Source: an uncultured Gemmatimonadales bacterium (GTDB taxonomy: Bacteria > Gemmatimonadota > Gemmatimonadetes > Gemmatimonadales > GWC2-71-9). From it: a stretch of 64,000 nucleotides of DNA. A model generated the notes under the pieces. It saw nothing but the letters and a program-made list of their open reading frames with translations. It searched no databases and was not told the origin of the DNA. A program made the position numbers and the translations under genes. Shown here piece by piece: positions 30,003 through 40,578 of the stretch. Every line of letters begins with the position of its first letter. Position 1 is the stretch's first letter. Location: positions 192,001-256,000 of the forward strand of contig CAVSQW010000012.1 of assembly GCA_963730185.1 (NCBI GenBank), read 5' to 3'.

Positions 30003-32533
30003 CGGTCCTCCCGGGCCAGAGCCTCGAACCGCGCCTTGGCCGCCCTCATCTGAGCCAGCACCCGATCCCGCTCGGCCGGACTGTTCCAGCCGGGATGGGC
30101 ACTGGCCGCCTGCTCCAGCCGGTCGATCCAGGCGATGAAGTACCGGGCGTCGGCGGCCGAGCGGATCGGCCGGTCGCCGAGGGTGAGGTAGATCGGACTG
30201 GTGGTGGCGAAGGGGTAGAGATCGAGGGTCGGGTGCTGGGAATGCCGAGAGAAGGCCCGCAGAGTGAACCAGGCGCTCTCGGTGATCGGCAACGAAAAGC
30301 GGGCGTCCGCCCGGGTCCCGCCGCCCTCGACCGGGATCGACTTCACCACCCGTCCGTTGCTCACGATCTGGAGCGAGTCGACCGCCACGACGGACCGCAT
30401 CCAGACCGTGGCGGCGAGCGTCGTGGCAGCGGGCAGGTGCAGGCTGTCGCCCGGATCGAGATTGCCGAGGGTCAAGCCCAAGAGCGGGCCGTTGGTGGCA
30501 AAGGTATGGCCGGCCCGCAGGGCGTCGAGCCACTCGTGGTAGTCGAGCCGGGACCCGCTCTTCACGAACACCCGCCCCAGGCCGACCGGTCCCCGGAGCG
30601 AAGCGAAGTTGGCCATCGCGTCGGTCCCGGCCCCGGTCGGCATCCGGATCCCGGTGTTGAGCAGCCGGTACCAGACGGTGGCGGTGGAGAAGTGGTCGCT
30701 GAAGCCGACCACCTCGATGTAGTCCACCTTGCCCAGGGCGGCGTCGACCGGAAATTCGTCGGTGAGCGGCTCGCTCGACGCCGGGTCGGGCACGCTCTCG
30801 AACGGATGCACGTACCCCGAGAGGCCGCCCTGATCGTGAGTCAAGTCGGCGATCGCGGCGTTGGTGGGATAGAGGCTCGCCGCCGCCGTATTCACGTAGC
30901 CGGCGTAGTTGGGCTGCATGAAATACCGGGTCAGGCCGATCTGGCCGGTGTGCCCCCAGTACGAGGTGTGGTACTCCTCGTCGTGCTTGATCAGGGTCCG
31001 GCCCGGCACCGAGACCGGGTCGAGCCGCCCGCTGAAGTACCCGATGTCGGGGATCCGGGCCTCCTTGTTGACCACCAGATTCTCCACTACGTGGAGATCC
31101 TCGGCCTCGGCCTGGAGGCGAAGGTGGGCCGGGGTGTTCCGGTAGGTCCCGCCGTAGTTCATGTGGACGTGGAGGTCGCCGCTCCACCAGCCCTGGGCCG
31201 GCAGGTTGGCCAGCCGGGTCAGGGCGAAGGTGCGGCGCACCGGCGTGTCGGTCACGGTGAGGGTATCGACCTGGCGGGCATACTCGTAGCCCTTGGTCGC
31301 CTCGACGACGTAGCGGCCCGGGGGCAGGTCCACTCGCGCCTGGCGGACGACGTCGAAGTAGGTGAACTCGTAGCGGCGCTCGGTCCGGTCGAACCCGTCG
31401 TCGGCGGACATCCAGGCATCGCGCGGCCCGTACGCCCGGCCGCCCAGCGCCATCACCGAGACCCGCGCCGTGGCGCCCTGCCCCAACGAATCGGTGACCG
31501 TGAGGTCGAGCGTTTGCCGGGGGCGCTTCCAGTGAAGCCCGGTCGGCTCGACCGGGGTGATCGCGCCCCCGGGAACCTGGATGATCCGGAGCGCGGTGTT
31601 GCCGCCTTCGTTGGTCACGTAGACGATCCGGGTGCCGTCCGGCGACCACCGGGGGGCGGTGTTGTCGAAGTCGCCGTAGGTCAGCTCGAACGGGTCGCCG
31701 CCCTCGCTGGTCATCAGGAAGAGCTGGTTCCACTGGCGGCCCAGATAGGAGCTGTAGACGACCCGCTTGCCGTCGCGAGACCAATCGGGCCGGGCCTTCC
31801 AGGTCGTCTCCTCGTACCAGATCTGGTGGAGCTCGGCCCCGGGCCGGGCCTCCATCCGCCAGAACCCGCCGGTGCCCCAGATCCGGCCCCGGTTGGACAC
31901 CAGGATCAGCTCCTTCCCATCGGGCGACCAGGTGGGCGAGAGATAGTGATCCCAGGGGCTGTAGTAGTAGCGGGGCAGCTTGCTGTCGACGTCCGGCGTG
32001 ATCCGGGTCACGTTGGCGAGCTTCCCGTCGGCGAAGTCCGCGACGAACACGTGCCAGCGCCCCTCGAACGCGGTCGACACCCAGGCCAGCCGGCGGCCGT
32101 CGGGCGAAAACCGGGGCTCCACGTTCACGGCGCCGTCGGCCAGGAGGGCATGGGCGGCGCCGGTGGAGAGGTCGACGACCCAGAGCTCGATCGCGTCGTT
32201 CCGGTAGCTGGCATAGACCACCCAGCGTCCGTCCGACGACCAGTCGGGCTGGTAGTCGTAGGCGTCGTCGTCGGTGAGCTGAGCGGCCTCGGTGGTGCCG
32301 ACCCGCTGGCGCCAGAGATAGCCCTGCATCGAGTACACCAGATCGGCCCCGTCGGGGCTCCAGGCCGCCGCGCTCGGCCCCGAGGTCAGCTGGGGCAGAT
32401 ACATCTCGCGGTAGTAGTAGCTGTGGGGGACGGCGATCTGGGGGAGCACCGGCTCGCGTTGCGCGGCCAGCGCCCCGGCGCCGGCGGCCAGGAGCACGAC
32501 GCTCAGGGCCGCCGGATATCGAAACTGCATCAT
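29999..32533 (-). CDS. PD40/TolB-repeat protein fused to CehA/McbA-family (PHP-like) metallohydrolase
   Basis: Signal peptide; WSPDG repeats; WWSGDLHVH, GH, YVHP, GTD, TNGP. Confidence 0.85.
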   Translation of the reverse strand: MMQFRYPAALSVVLLAAGAGALAAQREPVLPQIAVPHSYYYREMYLPQLTSGPSAAAWSPDGADLVYSMQGYLWRQRVGTTEAAQLTDDDAYDYQPDWSSDGRWVVYASYRNDAIELWVVDLSTGAAHALLADGAVNVEPRFSPDGRRLAWVSTAFEGRWHVFVADFADGKLANVTRITPDVDSKLPRYYYSPWDHYLSPTWSPDGKELILVSNRGRIWGTGGFWRMEARPGAELHQIWYEETTWKARPDWSRDGKRVVYSSYLGRQWNQLFLMTSEGGDPFELTYGDFDNTAPRWSPDGTRIVYVTNEGGNTALRIIQVPGGAITPVEPTGLHWKRPRQTLDLTVTDSLGQGATARVSVMALGGRAYGPRDAWMSADDGFDRTERRYEFTYFDVVRQARVDLPPGRYVVEATKGYEYARQVDTLTVTDTPVRRTFALTRLANLPAQGWWSGDLHVHMNYGGTYRNTPAHLRLQAEAEDLHVVENLVVNKEARIPDIGYFSGRLDPVSVPGRTLIKHDEEYHTSYWGHTGQIGLTRYFMQPNYAGYVNTAAASLYPTNAAIADLTHDQGGLSGYVHPFESVPDPASSEPLTDEFPVDAALGKVDYIEVVGFSDHFSTATVWYRLLNTGIRMPTGAGTDAMANFASLRGPVGLGRVFVKSGSRLDYHEWLDALRAGHTFATNGPLLGLTLGNLDPGDSLHLPAATTLAATVWMRSVVAVDSLQIVSNGRVVKSIPVEGGGTRADARFSLPITESAWFTLRAFSRHSQHPTLDLYPFATTSPIYLTLGDRPIRSAADARYFIAWIDRLEQAASAHPGWNSPAERDRVLAQMRAAKARFEALAREDR

Positions 32534-32550
32534 GTGCGATGCCTCGGAGA

Positions 32551-33885
32551 TCAGTCGGGTCGGAGCTCGGAGAGACACTCCCGGATGATCCGCTCGGCGA
32601 TGGCGACGTCTTCCTCGTCGATCACCAGCGGGGGCGCGAGCCGAAGTGAGCTCTTGCCGGCGCCCAGCAGCAGGAGCCCTTTGCCGAAGGCGCGCTGCAC
32701 CAGCTCGTGCACCAGGTCGCCGGCCGGCTCCCGGGTGGCGCGGTCCTTCACGAACTCGAGCCCCAGCATCAGGCCGAGGCCGCGGACGTCGCCGATCACC
32801 GGGAAGTCGCGGGCCAGCCCCCGGGCCGCCTCCATCAGCACCGGACCCACCCGGGCCGCCTGGGGCAGGTACTCCCGCTCCACCAGGTCGAGGGTGGCCA
32901 GCGCGGCGGCGCAGCACACCGGGTTCCCGCCAAAGGTGCTCCCGTGGGAGCCCGAGCCCCAGGTCGAGACCGACTCCTTGGCGATGAAGGCGCCGATCGG
33001 CATGCCGCTGCCCAGCCCCTTGGCGACCGTCAGGATGTCGGGCTCCACCTCGGTGTGCTCGCAGGCGAACATCTTCCCGGTCCGGCCCACGCCGCTTTGG
33101 ACCTCGTCGGCGATGAGCAGGATGCCGTACTTGTCGCACAGAGTCCGCAGGGCCGGGAGATAGTCGGCCGGCGGAACGATGTAGCCGCCCTCTCCCTGGA
33201 CCGGCTCGACCACGATCGCGGCGACCTGCTCGGGATCGACCTGCCGGGCGAAGAGATCGCGCTCGATGACGTCGACGCAGTGGAGCCCGCAGGACGGATA
33301 GGTCTTCCCGTACTCGCAGCGGTAGCAGTTGCCGTAGGCGACGTGGTACACCTCCGGCAGGAGGGGGGCGAAGCGGGCGTGCTGCCGGACCTTGCTCGAG
33401 GTGAGGCTCAGGGCGCCCATCGTCCGGCCGTGGAACGACCCCTTGAAAGCGATGAAGGCCGGCCGGCGGGTGTGATAGCGGGCCAGCTTCATGGCGCCCT
33501 CCACCGCCTCGGTACCCGAGTTGCTCAGGAACACCCGCTTCCGCGACGGGCCGGGCGCCAGCTTGGCCAGCCGCTCGGCCAGGGCCGCCATGCCGGGGTA
33601 GTAGAAGTCGGAGCCGCAGATGTGGAGGAACTTCTCCGAAGCCTCGCGGATGGCGCGGACCACCTCGGGATGGGCGTGCCCGGTGGCGGCGACGCCGATC
33701 CCGGCCATGAAATCGAGGAAGCGGTTGCCGTCGACGTCCTCGATCATCGCGCCCCGGCCCCGTTCCACGACCAGCGGGTACTCCTTGATGTAGCAGGTGG
33801 AGGTCCAGGCCTGGTCCTGCTCGAGGACGGCGCGGGCCCGGGGTCCGGGCGGGGTGCTTTCGATGCGGGGGTAGTCCTTGGCCAT
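32551..33885 (-). CDS. Class III PLP aminotransferase (GabT/acetylornithine AT family)
   Basis: EPVQGEGG, ADEVQSGVGRTG, AKGLGSG, STFGGNP. Confidence 0.92.
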   Translation of the reverse strand: MAKDYPRIESTPPGPRARAVLEQDQAWTSTCYIKEYPLVVERGRGAMIEDVDGNRFLDFMAGIGVAATGHAHPEVVRAIREASEKFLHICGSDFYYPGMAALAERLAKLAPGPSRKRVFLSNSGTEAVEGAMKLARYHTRRPAFIAFKGSFHGRTMGALSLTSSKVRQHARFAPLLPEVYHVAYGNCYRCEYGKTYPSCGLHCVDVIERDLFARQVDPEQVAAIVVEPVQGEGGYIVPPADYLPALRTLCDKYGILLIADEVQSGVGRTGKMFACEHTEVEPDILTVAKGLGSGMPIGAFIAKESVSTWGSGSHGSTFGGNPVCCAAALATLDLVEREYLPQAARVGPVLMEAARGLARDFPVIGDVRGLGLMLGLEFVKDRATREPAGDLVHELVQRAFGKGLLLLGAGKSSLRLAPPLVIDEEDVAIAERIIRECLSELRPD

Positions 33886-33925
33886 GGCACGTCGGGCGGC
33901 CGTCGGCCGTCCGCCTCTTGGGGTC

Positions 33926-35497
33926 TCAGCCTTCGATGTAGGTTCGGCTCTGCTCGCGGGTGAACTGTTGCACGTAGTACGGGCCGCAGCCTCCCTTGCC
34001 GGTCGACCCGCTGCCCTTCCAGCCGCAGAACGGCTGCGAGCCCGGCCAGGCGCCCGTGGTCGCTCCGGTTCGCTTGTTCACGTAGCAGACGCCGGCTTGC
34101 ACTTCGTCGACGAATTGGTCGATCTCACCCTGCTGCCGGCTGAAGATCCCGGCCGTGAGCCCGTACTCGGCCAGGTTGGTCTGGTCGATCGCCTCGGCCA
34201 GCGAGCCGACCTCGCCGACCGCCAGGAATGGCACGAAGAACTCGTCGAAGAAGAGCCGGTTCTCGAGCGGCAGCGCCGCCACGGTCGGCGCCACGTAGTA
34301 GCCGCGGTCGAAGATCCCGCCCCGGAGCCGCTCGCCGCCGATCGCCACGGGTCCGGTCGCGCGGGCCTCCTCCACGACCTGAAGGTACCGGTCCACCGCT
34401 CGCTGGTTGATCACCGGACCCAGGTACACGTCGCGGTGGGTCGGGTCGCCCACGGCGATGCCCCGGGTCCGCTCGACGATTCGCTCCAGCAGCGCCGGCC
34501 GGATCTCGCGGTGGGCGTAGACCCGCGAGGTGGCGCTGCACTTCTGGTTCTGCAGCCCGAACGCCGACTTGACGATGCCCTCCGCGGCGGCGTCGAGGTC
34601 GGCGGTCGGCATCACCACGGTCGCGTTCTTCCCGCCCAGCTCCATCAGGCAGGGCTTGACGTAGCGGGTCGAGAGCCCCTTGAAGATCTTCATCCCGACG
34701 GCCTTCGAGCCGGTGAACACCACCCCGTCCACCAGGTGGTGCTGCCAGAGCGGGTCGCCGATGTCCTCCCGATGCCCGGTGAGCACGTTGAACACCCCGG
34801 CCGGGACCCCAGCGTCCCGGTACACCTCGTAGAGACGGAGCCCGGTCCAGGGAGCGTCTTCGGCCGGCTTGTAGACCACCGCGTTGCCGGTCACCAGGGC
34901 CGCCGACGACATCCCTGCGGAGAGGGCCAGCGGAAAGTTGAAAGGCGAGATGCAGGCGAAGACCCCGTAGGGACGGAGAACGTCGACGTTCCGCTCCGTC
35001 GCCGTCAGGTTCTTCATTGGCCGGACGAAGCCGTCGGCCGCCTCGACCTGATCGCAGTAGTAGTCGATCAGGTCGGCGGCCTCCTCGGCGTCACCCATCG
35101 ACTCGAGCCGGTTCTTGCCGACCTCGAGCGCCATGACCGCCGCCAGCACGAACTTCCGCTCCCGAATCAGGCCGGCCGCGTGACGGAGCACCTCCACCCG
35201 GGTCCGCCAGGGAAGCCGGGCCCACGAGCGCTGGGCCTGCCTGGCCGTCTCGACCGCCCGGTCTACGTGCTCGGCCGTGGCGGCCGAGAACCGTCCCAGC
35301 TCCCACGAGGTGTCGATCGGCGAGGTGTCGACGATCGCGTTCCGGGGCGCCTCGACGGCGCGCCCGCCGAGATAGAAGGGATGGAGCCGGCCCATCTCCG
35401 AGCGGACCAGGTCGAGCGCCCGGTCGAATTCGGCGTGGAACGCCTCCAGATCGACGTTGGTGGTGGTATAGGTGATCTTGCCAACCGTCATCGCCAC
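33926..35497 (-). CDS. Aldehyde dehydrogenase (P5C dehydrogenase-like)
   Basis: ISPFNFP, FTGSKAVG, ELGGKN, QKCSA, YGLTAG, QPFCGWK. Confidence 0.9.
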   Translation of the reverse strand: MAMTVGKITYTTTNVDLEAFHAEFDRALDLVRSEMGRLHPFYLGGRAVEAPRNAIVDTSPIDTSWELGRFSAATAEHVDRAVETARQAQRSWARLPWRTRVEVLRHAAGLIRERKFVLAAVMALEVGKNRLESMGDAEEAADLIDYYCDQVEAADGFVRPMKNLTATERNVDVLRPYGVFACISPFNFPLALSAGMSSAALVTGNAVVYKPAEDAPWTGLRLYEVYRDAGVPAGVFNVLTGHREDIGDPLWQHHLVDGVVFTGSKAVGMKIFKGLSTRYVKPCLMELGGKNATVVMPTADLDAAAEGIVKSAFGLQNQKCSATSRVYAHREIRPALLERIVERTRGIAVGDPTHRDVYLGPVINQRAVDRYLQVVEEARATGPVAIGGERLRGGIFDRGYYVAPTVAALPLENRLFFDEFFVPFLAVGEVGSLAEAIDQTNLAEYGLTAGIFSRQQGEIDQFVDEVQAGVCYVNKRTGATTGAWPGSQPFCGWKGSGSTGKGGCGPYYVQQFTREQSRTYIEG

Positions 35498-36831
35498 GAC
35501 TCCCTGCTCTCCAGAATCGACCGACGGAGCAGCGACACCAGCTCGTCGATCTCACCCTCGGTGATGATGAAAGGCGGCGCCAGGCAGACCAGGTCTCCGT
35601 CGACGCCGTTGGCCTGCCCCGTGTTGGGCCAGACCACCAGGCCGTTGCGCTGGGCCCGGTCGGTGAGCGTCTCGGCCACCTTGGCGGCTCGCGGGAACGG
35701 CGCCTTGCTGGCGCGGTCCGCAACCAGCTCCACCCCCGCCAGGAGGCCCCGGCCCCGGACGTCGCCCACCTCCGGCAGGTCCTCGAGCTCCGCCAACCGG
35801 GCCTGGAGCACGAGGCCCATTTCGCGGCATCGCTCGACCAGCCCGTGCCGTCGAATGTACCGCACCGCGGCCAGCCCCGCGGCGCACGCCATCGGCGTGT
35901 GCGAGAAGGTCTGGGCGTGCAGCAGCGCCCCGCTCCCGGCGGCGATCGGATCGAGGATCCGACGACTGGTGGCCACGGCGGCGAGGGGGGCGTAGCCGCC
36001 GCTCAACCCCTTGCCCATCACCAGGATGTCGGGCTGCGCCTGGTACTGCTCGATGGCGGTCCACGATCCGGTCCGGCCGGCGCCCACCAGCACCTCGTCG
36101 GCGATCCAGAGGATGTCGTGCCGGCTCAGGATCTCGCGAATCGTCTTCCAGTATTCGGCCCGGGGCACCGAGGCGCCGGTCGAGGAGCCGCCGACCGGTT
36201 CGGCGATGAACGCCGCGATCGTGTCGGCCCCTTCGCGGGCGATCACGGTCTCCAACATCCGCCCGGTGCACCGGGGACAGTCCGGGGCCGACCCGCCGCA
36301 CTCGCAGCGATAGCGGTACGGCGCCGGCATCTGGACCACCGGGATCAGCCACTCTCGGAAGTAGGTCTTGTACTGCTCCCGGGCCGAGACCGAGAGCGCC
36401 AGCATGGTGTTGCCGTGGTAGGCCGGAGCGAGGGCGACGATCCGGTGCTTGCCCGGGCGACCGACCTCGACCCAGTACTGGCGAGCCAGCTTGAGGGCCG
36501 CTTCGTTGGCGTCGGATCCGCTGGTCAGGAAGTAGAACCGGTCCAAGTCGCCAGGACAGAGCTCGGCCAGCTCGTCGGACAGGGATTCGACCGCGTCGTT
36601 GGTGAAGGCGGCGCCGCTCACGTACGCGACCTGGGAGATCTGGCGGGCGACCTCGTCGACCACCTCGCGGACCCCGTGGCCGAGGTTCGCGACATAGGCC
36701 CCGCCGGAGCCGTCGAGGTAGCGGTTGCCCTCGTCGTCGAACAGGTAGCACCCCTCGCCACGGACGATCTTGGGGAAGCTCCGGTTGAGCTTCCGGTAGA
36801 ACACGTGAGTCGCGGGGTAGCGGTGGGTCAT
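35488..36831 (-). CDS. Class III PLP aminotransferase (BioA-like subgroup)
   Basis: SGSDANE, YHGNT, AEPVGG, ADEVLVGAGRTG, GKGLSGGY. Confidence 0.92.
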   Translation of the reverse strand: MTHRYPATHVFYRKLNRSFPKIVRGEGCYLFDDEGNRYLDGSGGAYVANLGHGVREVVDEVARQISQVAYVSGAAFTNDAVESLSDELAELCPGDLDRFYFLTSGSDANEAALKLARQYWVEVGRPGKHRIVALAPAYHGNTMLALSVSAREQYKTYFREWLIPVVQMPAPYRYRCECGGSAPDCPRCTGRMLETVIAREGADTIAAFIAEPVGGSSTGASVPRAEYWKTIREILSRHDILWIADEVLVGAGRTGSWTAIEQYQAQPDILVMGKGLSGGYAPLAAVATSRRILDPIAAGSGALLHAQTFSHTPMACAAGLAAVRYIRRHGLVERCREMGLVLQARLAELEDLPEVGDVRGRGLLAGVELVADRASKAPFPRAAKVAETLTDRAQRNGLVVWPNTGQANGVDGDLVCLAPPFIITEGEIDELVSLLRRSILESRESWR

Positions 36832-36908
36832 GGAGACGCTCTAGCTTAATCCGGTCCCCCCATCGCCCGACAGCCTCAGCGCACCACCGTTCCCAGGGAG
36901 TCGCCCGG

Positions 36909-38654
36909 ATGCGCGGCAGAGCCCTCCTATTCACGTGGAGCCTGGTCGGAATTGTCCCGGCCGCCGCCCAAACGGTCGATACCACGGTGTCGGTTCCGCT
37001 CCGCGACGGCGTCCGGCTCGGCGCCACGCTCCTGCTCCCGGCGGCCGGCGGGCGGTTCCCGACCCTGGTGTACCGGACCCCGTACGGCCAGGAGACCGCG
37101 GTCCGGACCTACTCCACCTTCCGGGCCGCCGTGGCCCACGGCTACGCCGTGCTGGCGGTCGACGTGCGGGGGCGCTACACCAGCGAGGGTGAGTTCGACC
37201 CCTATAGGCAGGAGGGGCGGGACGGGTACGACACCATCGAGTGGGCCGCCGGGCAGGCCTGGTCGGATGGAGCGGTGGGAACGTTCGGCCTGTCCTACCC
37301 CGGCGCCGTCCAATGGCTCGCCGCGGTGGAGCACCCGCCCCATCTCCGGGCCATGGTGCCGGCGATGACCTTTTCGCGGCCCACCAACTTCTGGTACGCC
37401 GGCGGCCTGACCGATCTGTCGTGGCCGGCCTGGATCTGGCTCAACATCGCGCCCGACGTGAGGGCTCGTAAGAACCTGCCGGGCCCCCGAACCCGGGCGG
37501 AGGCCCGGACCACCTGGGGCCAGCTGGGTCGGGAGCTCACGGACCGGCTCCCCGTCACCGACGCCCCCGAGCTCCGCGACGTGGCGCCCTGGTACTTCGA
37601 GTGGCTCTCCCACCCGCCGACCGATCCCTGGTGGCGCTGGGCGGACCTGACCTCGAGGTACGATCGGGTCGGCGCCGCGGTCCTCAATCTGAGCGGCTGG
37701 CACGACGACAACTACGGCCCCGAAGGCGCGGTCACCAACCATCTGGGACTGATGAGCGCCCGGCGCGGCGCGGACGATCCGAGATCGTTTCTGATCGTCG
37801 GCCCCTGGGTCCACGGCACCGCCGGGATGAACGACCGGACCTCCCAGGCCCACGCGGGCGAACGGGTCTTCGGTGCCGAGGCGGGGATCGACTACGACGC
37901 CGAGATCCTCCGGTTCATGGACCGGTACGTGCGCGGCCTGGGTAACGGGGTGGAGCGGGGACCGCGGATCCGGGTGTTCGTCATGGGCGAAAACGTCTGG
38001 CGCACCGCCGACCGCTGGCCCCTGCCCGGCACCGAGCGGGTCTCGTTCTATCTTTCCCGGACCACGCCGGCCGGCCCGGGTGCGCTGACCACCCGGGCGC
38101 CGAGCGCGGCGGGACGGGCCGTGCTCCGCTCGGACCCGGCCCATCCGGTGGTCGACCCGTACGACGCGGCCGGCGGCCACGACTACCGGTCGCTCACCGC
38201 GCGGGACGACGTCCTGGTCTTCGAGACCGAGCCCCTGACCCGAGACCTCCGGGTCGTCGGCAACATCGAGGCGTCGCTCGCCGTGTCGGTCGACGCGCCC
38301 GATGCGGACGTCTGGGTCAAGCTGCTCGACGTCGCGCCCAACGGCACCGCCTGGAACCTGATGAGTCCCGGCCTCGACGCCCTGCGGCTGAGCTACCGCG
38401 ACGGCCGGACTCATTCGCTCCTCGAACCGGGTCGGATCTACCAGGTGTCGCTCCCGAACCTGCTCACCGGCAACCGGTTCGCCGCGGGGCACCGAATCCG
38501 GGTCGTGATCATGCCGTCGTTCATGCCCTGGTTCGGCCGGAATCTCCAGACCGGCCTCTCCGAGACCGAGTCGGCCGAGACGCGGCCGGCCCGGATCAGC
38601 CTTCACTGGGGGCCCGACCACCCGTCGCGGATCGTGCTCCCCATCGTCCCCTGA
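36909..38654 (+). CDS. CocE/NonD-family hydrolase (peptidase S15)
   Basis: RDGVRL, RTPY, DVRGRYTSEG, GLSY, GWHD, GPWVH. Confidence 0.92.
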   Translation: MRGRALLFTWSLVGIVPAAAQTVDTTVSVPLRDGVRLGATLLLPAAGGRFPTLVYRTPYGQETAVRTYSTFRAAVAHGYAVLAVDVRGRYTSEGEFDPYRQEGRDGYDTIEWAAGQAWSDGAVGTFGLSYPGAVQWLAAVEHPPHLRAMVPAMTFSRPTNFWYAGGLTDLSWPAWIWLNIAPDVRARKNLPGPRTRAEARTTWGQLGRELTDRLPVTDAPELRDVAPWYFEWLSHPPTDPWWRWADLTSRYDRVGAAVLNLSGWHDDNYGPEGAVTNHLGLMSARRGADDPRSFLIVGPWVHGTAGMNDRTSQAHAGERVFGAEAGIDYDAEILRFMDRYVRGLGNGVERGPRIRVFVMGENVWRTADRWPLPGTERVSFYLSRTTPAGPGALTTRAPSAAGRAVLRSDPAHPVVDPYDAAGGHDYRSLTARDDVLVFETEPLTRDLRVVGNIEASLAVSVDAPDADVWVKLLDVAPNGTAWNLMSPGLDALRLSYRDGRTHSLLEPGRIYQVSLPNLLTGNRFAAGHRIRVVIMPSFMPWFGRNLQTGLSETESAETRPARISLHWGPDHPSRIVLPIVP

Positions 38655-38667
38655 GATCGAGTCCACC

Positions 38668-40392
38668 ATGCGACGTCCCGCATTCGTCTCCCTCCTGCCC
38701 GTCCTGGCCGGCGCCTCCGCTCTGACCCTCTCGTCGGCCTGCCGTCCCCGACAGCCGGCCGACTGGGTGCTCCGGAACGCAGCCGTCTACACCATGGCCG
38801 ACCCCGCGGCCGACACCACGCCGGTCCAGGCGATCGCGATCCGGGCAGGCAAGATCGTGTTCGTCGGGGCCGATTCCGGCGCCGACCGCTTCATCGGCGA
38901 CAGCACCAACGTTCTCGATCTGGGCGGACGGATGGTGCTCCCTGGATTCCACGACACCCACGTCCATCCGTCGTCGGGCGGGCTCACGATGGCGGAGTGC
39001 AACATCGAGGGGCTCTCGACCCGGGCCGCGATCCTGGATTCGGTCCGGTCGTGCGCGGCCCAGGACCCGAACGGCACCTGGGTCCGCGGTCGCGGGTGGG
39101 AGCTCCCCCTCTTCCCTCAGGCGAACCCCCGGAAGGAATGGCTCGATCAGGTGGTGCCCGACCGGCCGGTCTACCTCGCCGCCGCCGACGGCCATTCGGC
39201 GTGGGTCAACTCGAAGGCGCTGGCGCTGGCCGGGATCACCAAGAGCACCCCGAACCCGCCCAACGGCCGGATCGAGCACGACCCGGCCACCGGTGAACCG
39301 TCCGGGACCCTCCGGGAGAGCGCCACGGCCCTGGTGTCGACCCACCTGCCGCCCTATACCCTGGCGCAACGGAAGGAAGGGATCACCCGAGCGCTCGCCC
39401 TGGCCAACCGGCTGGGGATCACCACCGTGCACGACGCCCGGACCCGGCCCGCGACCCTCGAGGCCTACGCCGAGCTGGACCGGGAGGGGGCGCTGACGGC
39501 GCGGGTGGTGGCGGCCATGTACGTCGATCCCGACCTGGGGATGGATCAGGTGGACTCGCTGGTGGCCTGGCGGGAACGCTACCACGGGACCACCTACTTC
39601 CGGCCCAATACCGCCAAGCTCTTCGCCGACGGGGTGATCGAGGCCCACACCGCGGCGCTCCTGGAACCCTACACCGGCACCACCGATCCCGGCACGCCGA
39701 ACTTCCGGACCGGCCAGATGGACTCCCTGGTTACCGCGCTGGACCAGTCCGGGATCCAGATCCACATCCACGCGATCGGCGACAAGGCCATCCGGATGTC
39801 GCTCGACGCGATCCAGGGCGCCGAGGCGGCCAACGGGGCCCGGGCCTCGCGCCGCCCGATCATCGCCCACCTGGAGCTGATCGATCCCGCCGACATTCCC
39901 CGCTTCAAAGCGCTCGGCGTCGTCGCCTGCTTCCAGCCGCTCTGGGCCTTCGCCGACTCCTACATCACCGACCTGACCGAGCCGGTGCTCGGGCCGGCGA
40001 GGTCGCGGTGGCTCTACCCGATCGGCTCGGTCGAGAAGAGCGGCGCCGTGGTCTCGGCCGGGAGCGATTGGACGGTGTCGTCCATGAATCCGTTGGAGGC
40101 AATCCAGGTTGCGCTCACCCGCCGCGCCCCGGAAGACACGACGGCCGGCCCCGCCTGGATCCCCGAAGAGGTGGTGGGCCTGCCGGCGATGCTCGAGGCC
40201 TACACCAGGAACGGAGCCTGGGCGGCCGGCGACGAAACGACCAACGGCACCCTGGAGGTCGGCAAGGACGCTGACCTGGTGGTGCTGGACGAGAACCTGT
40301 ACCGGATTCCGGTCCCGAGGATCCACCAGGCGAAGGTCCTGCTCACCATCATGGACGGGAAGGAGGTCTACCGGGACCGAGTGCTCCGCTGA
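38668..40392 (+). CDS. Amidohydrolase-3 (YtcJ-like) lipoprotein
   Basis: PGFHDTHVH, DGHSAWVNS, KLFADG, HAIGD, GSDW. Confidence 0.92.
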   Translation: MRRPAFVSLLPVLAGASALTLSSACRPRQPADWVLRNAAVYTMADPAADTTPVQAIAIRAGKIVFVGADSGADRFIGDSTNVLDLGGRMVLPGFHDTHVHPSSGGLTMAECNIEGLSTRAAILDSVRSCAAQDPNGTWVRGRGWELPLFPQANPRKEWLDQVVPDRPVYLAAADGHSAWVNSKALALAGITKSTPNPPNGRIEHDPATGEPSGTLRESATALVSTHLPPYTLAQRKEGITRALALANRLGITTVHDARTRPATLEAYAELDREGALTARVVAAMYVDPDLGMDQVDSLVAWRERYHGTTYFRPNTAKLFADGVIEAHTAALLEPYTGTTDPGTPNFRTGQMDSLVTALDQSGIQIHIHAIGDKAIRMSLDAIQGAEAANGARASRRPIIAHLELIDPADIPRFKALGVVACFQPLWAFADSYITDLTEPVLGPARSRWLYPIGSVEKSGAVVSAGSDWTVSSMNPLEAIQVALTRRAPEDTTAGPAWIPEEVVGLPAMLEAYTRNGAWAAGDETTNGTLEVGKDADLVVLDENLYRIPVPRIHQAKVLLTIMDGKEVYRDRVLR

Positions 40393-40430
40393 CCCGGATC
40401 GCTTGTCCGGAACCAACCCTCGCCCTCTCG
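40388..40430 (+). repeat. Imperfect direct repeat, copy 1
   Basis: gctgacccggatcgcttg exact (18 bp), 36/43 identical to 41252-41294. Confidence 0.8.
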
Positions 40431-40525
40431 AGCCCGGCGGAACGATGTAGGCCGGCACGGCCATTCGATGGACGGACGCCCGCTGACGGTCAACGAGGCA
40501 ATTTCCCCGGGGGTCTCTGCACTAG

Positions 40526-40578
40526 ATGACAAGCGAGCTTGACATTGCTCAGGCTGCCATGTAAAGTCAGCTTGTCAT
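40526..40578 (+). promoter_or_regulatory. sigma70 promoter with two overlapping palindromic operators
   Basis: TTGACA(40539-44)-N17-TAAAGT(40562-67); ATGACAAG-N4-CTTGACAT (40526-45) and ATGTAAAG-N4-CTTGTCAT (40559-78). Confidence 0.75.

Noticed and set aside
24974..33163. Other ~1000-aa plus-strand ORFs (24974-28030, 30095-33163)
   Set aside because: Antisense to well-supported genes, with shadow-frame composition
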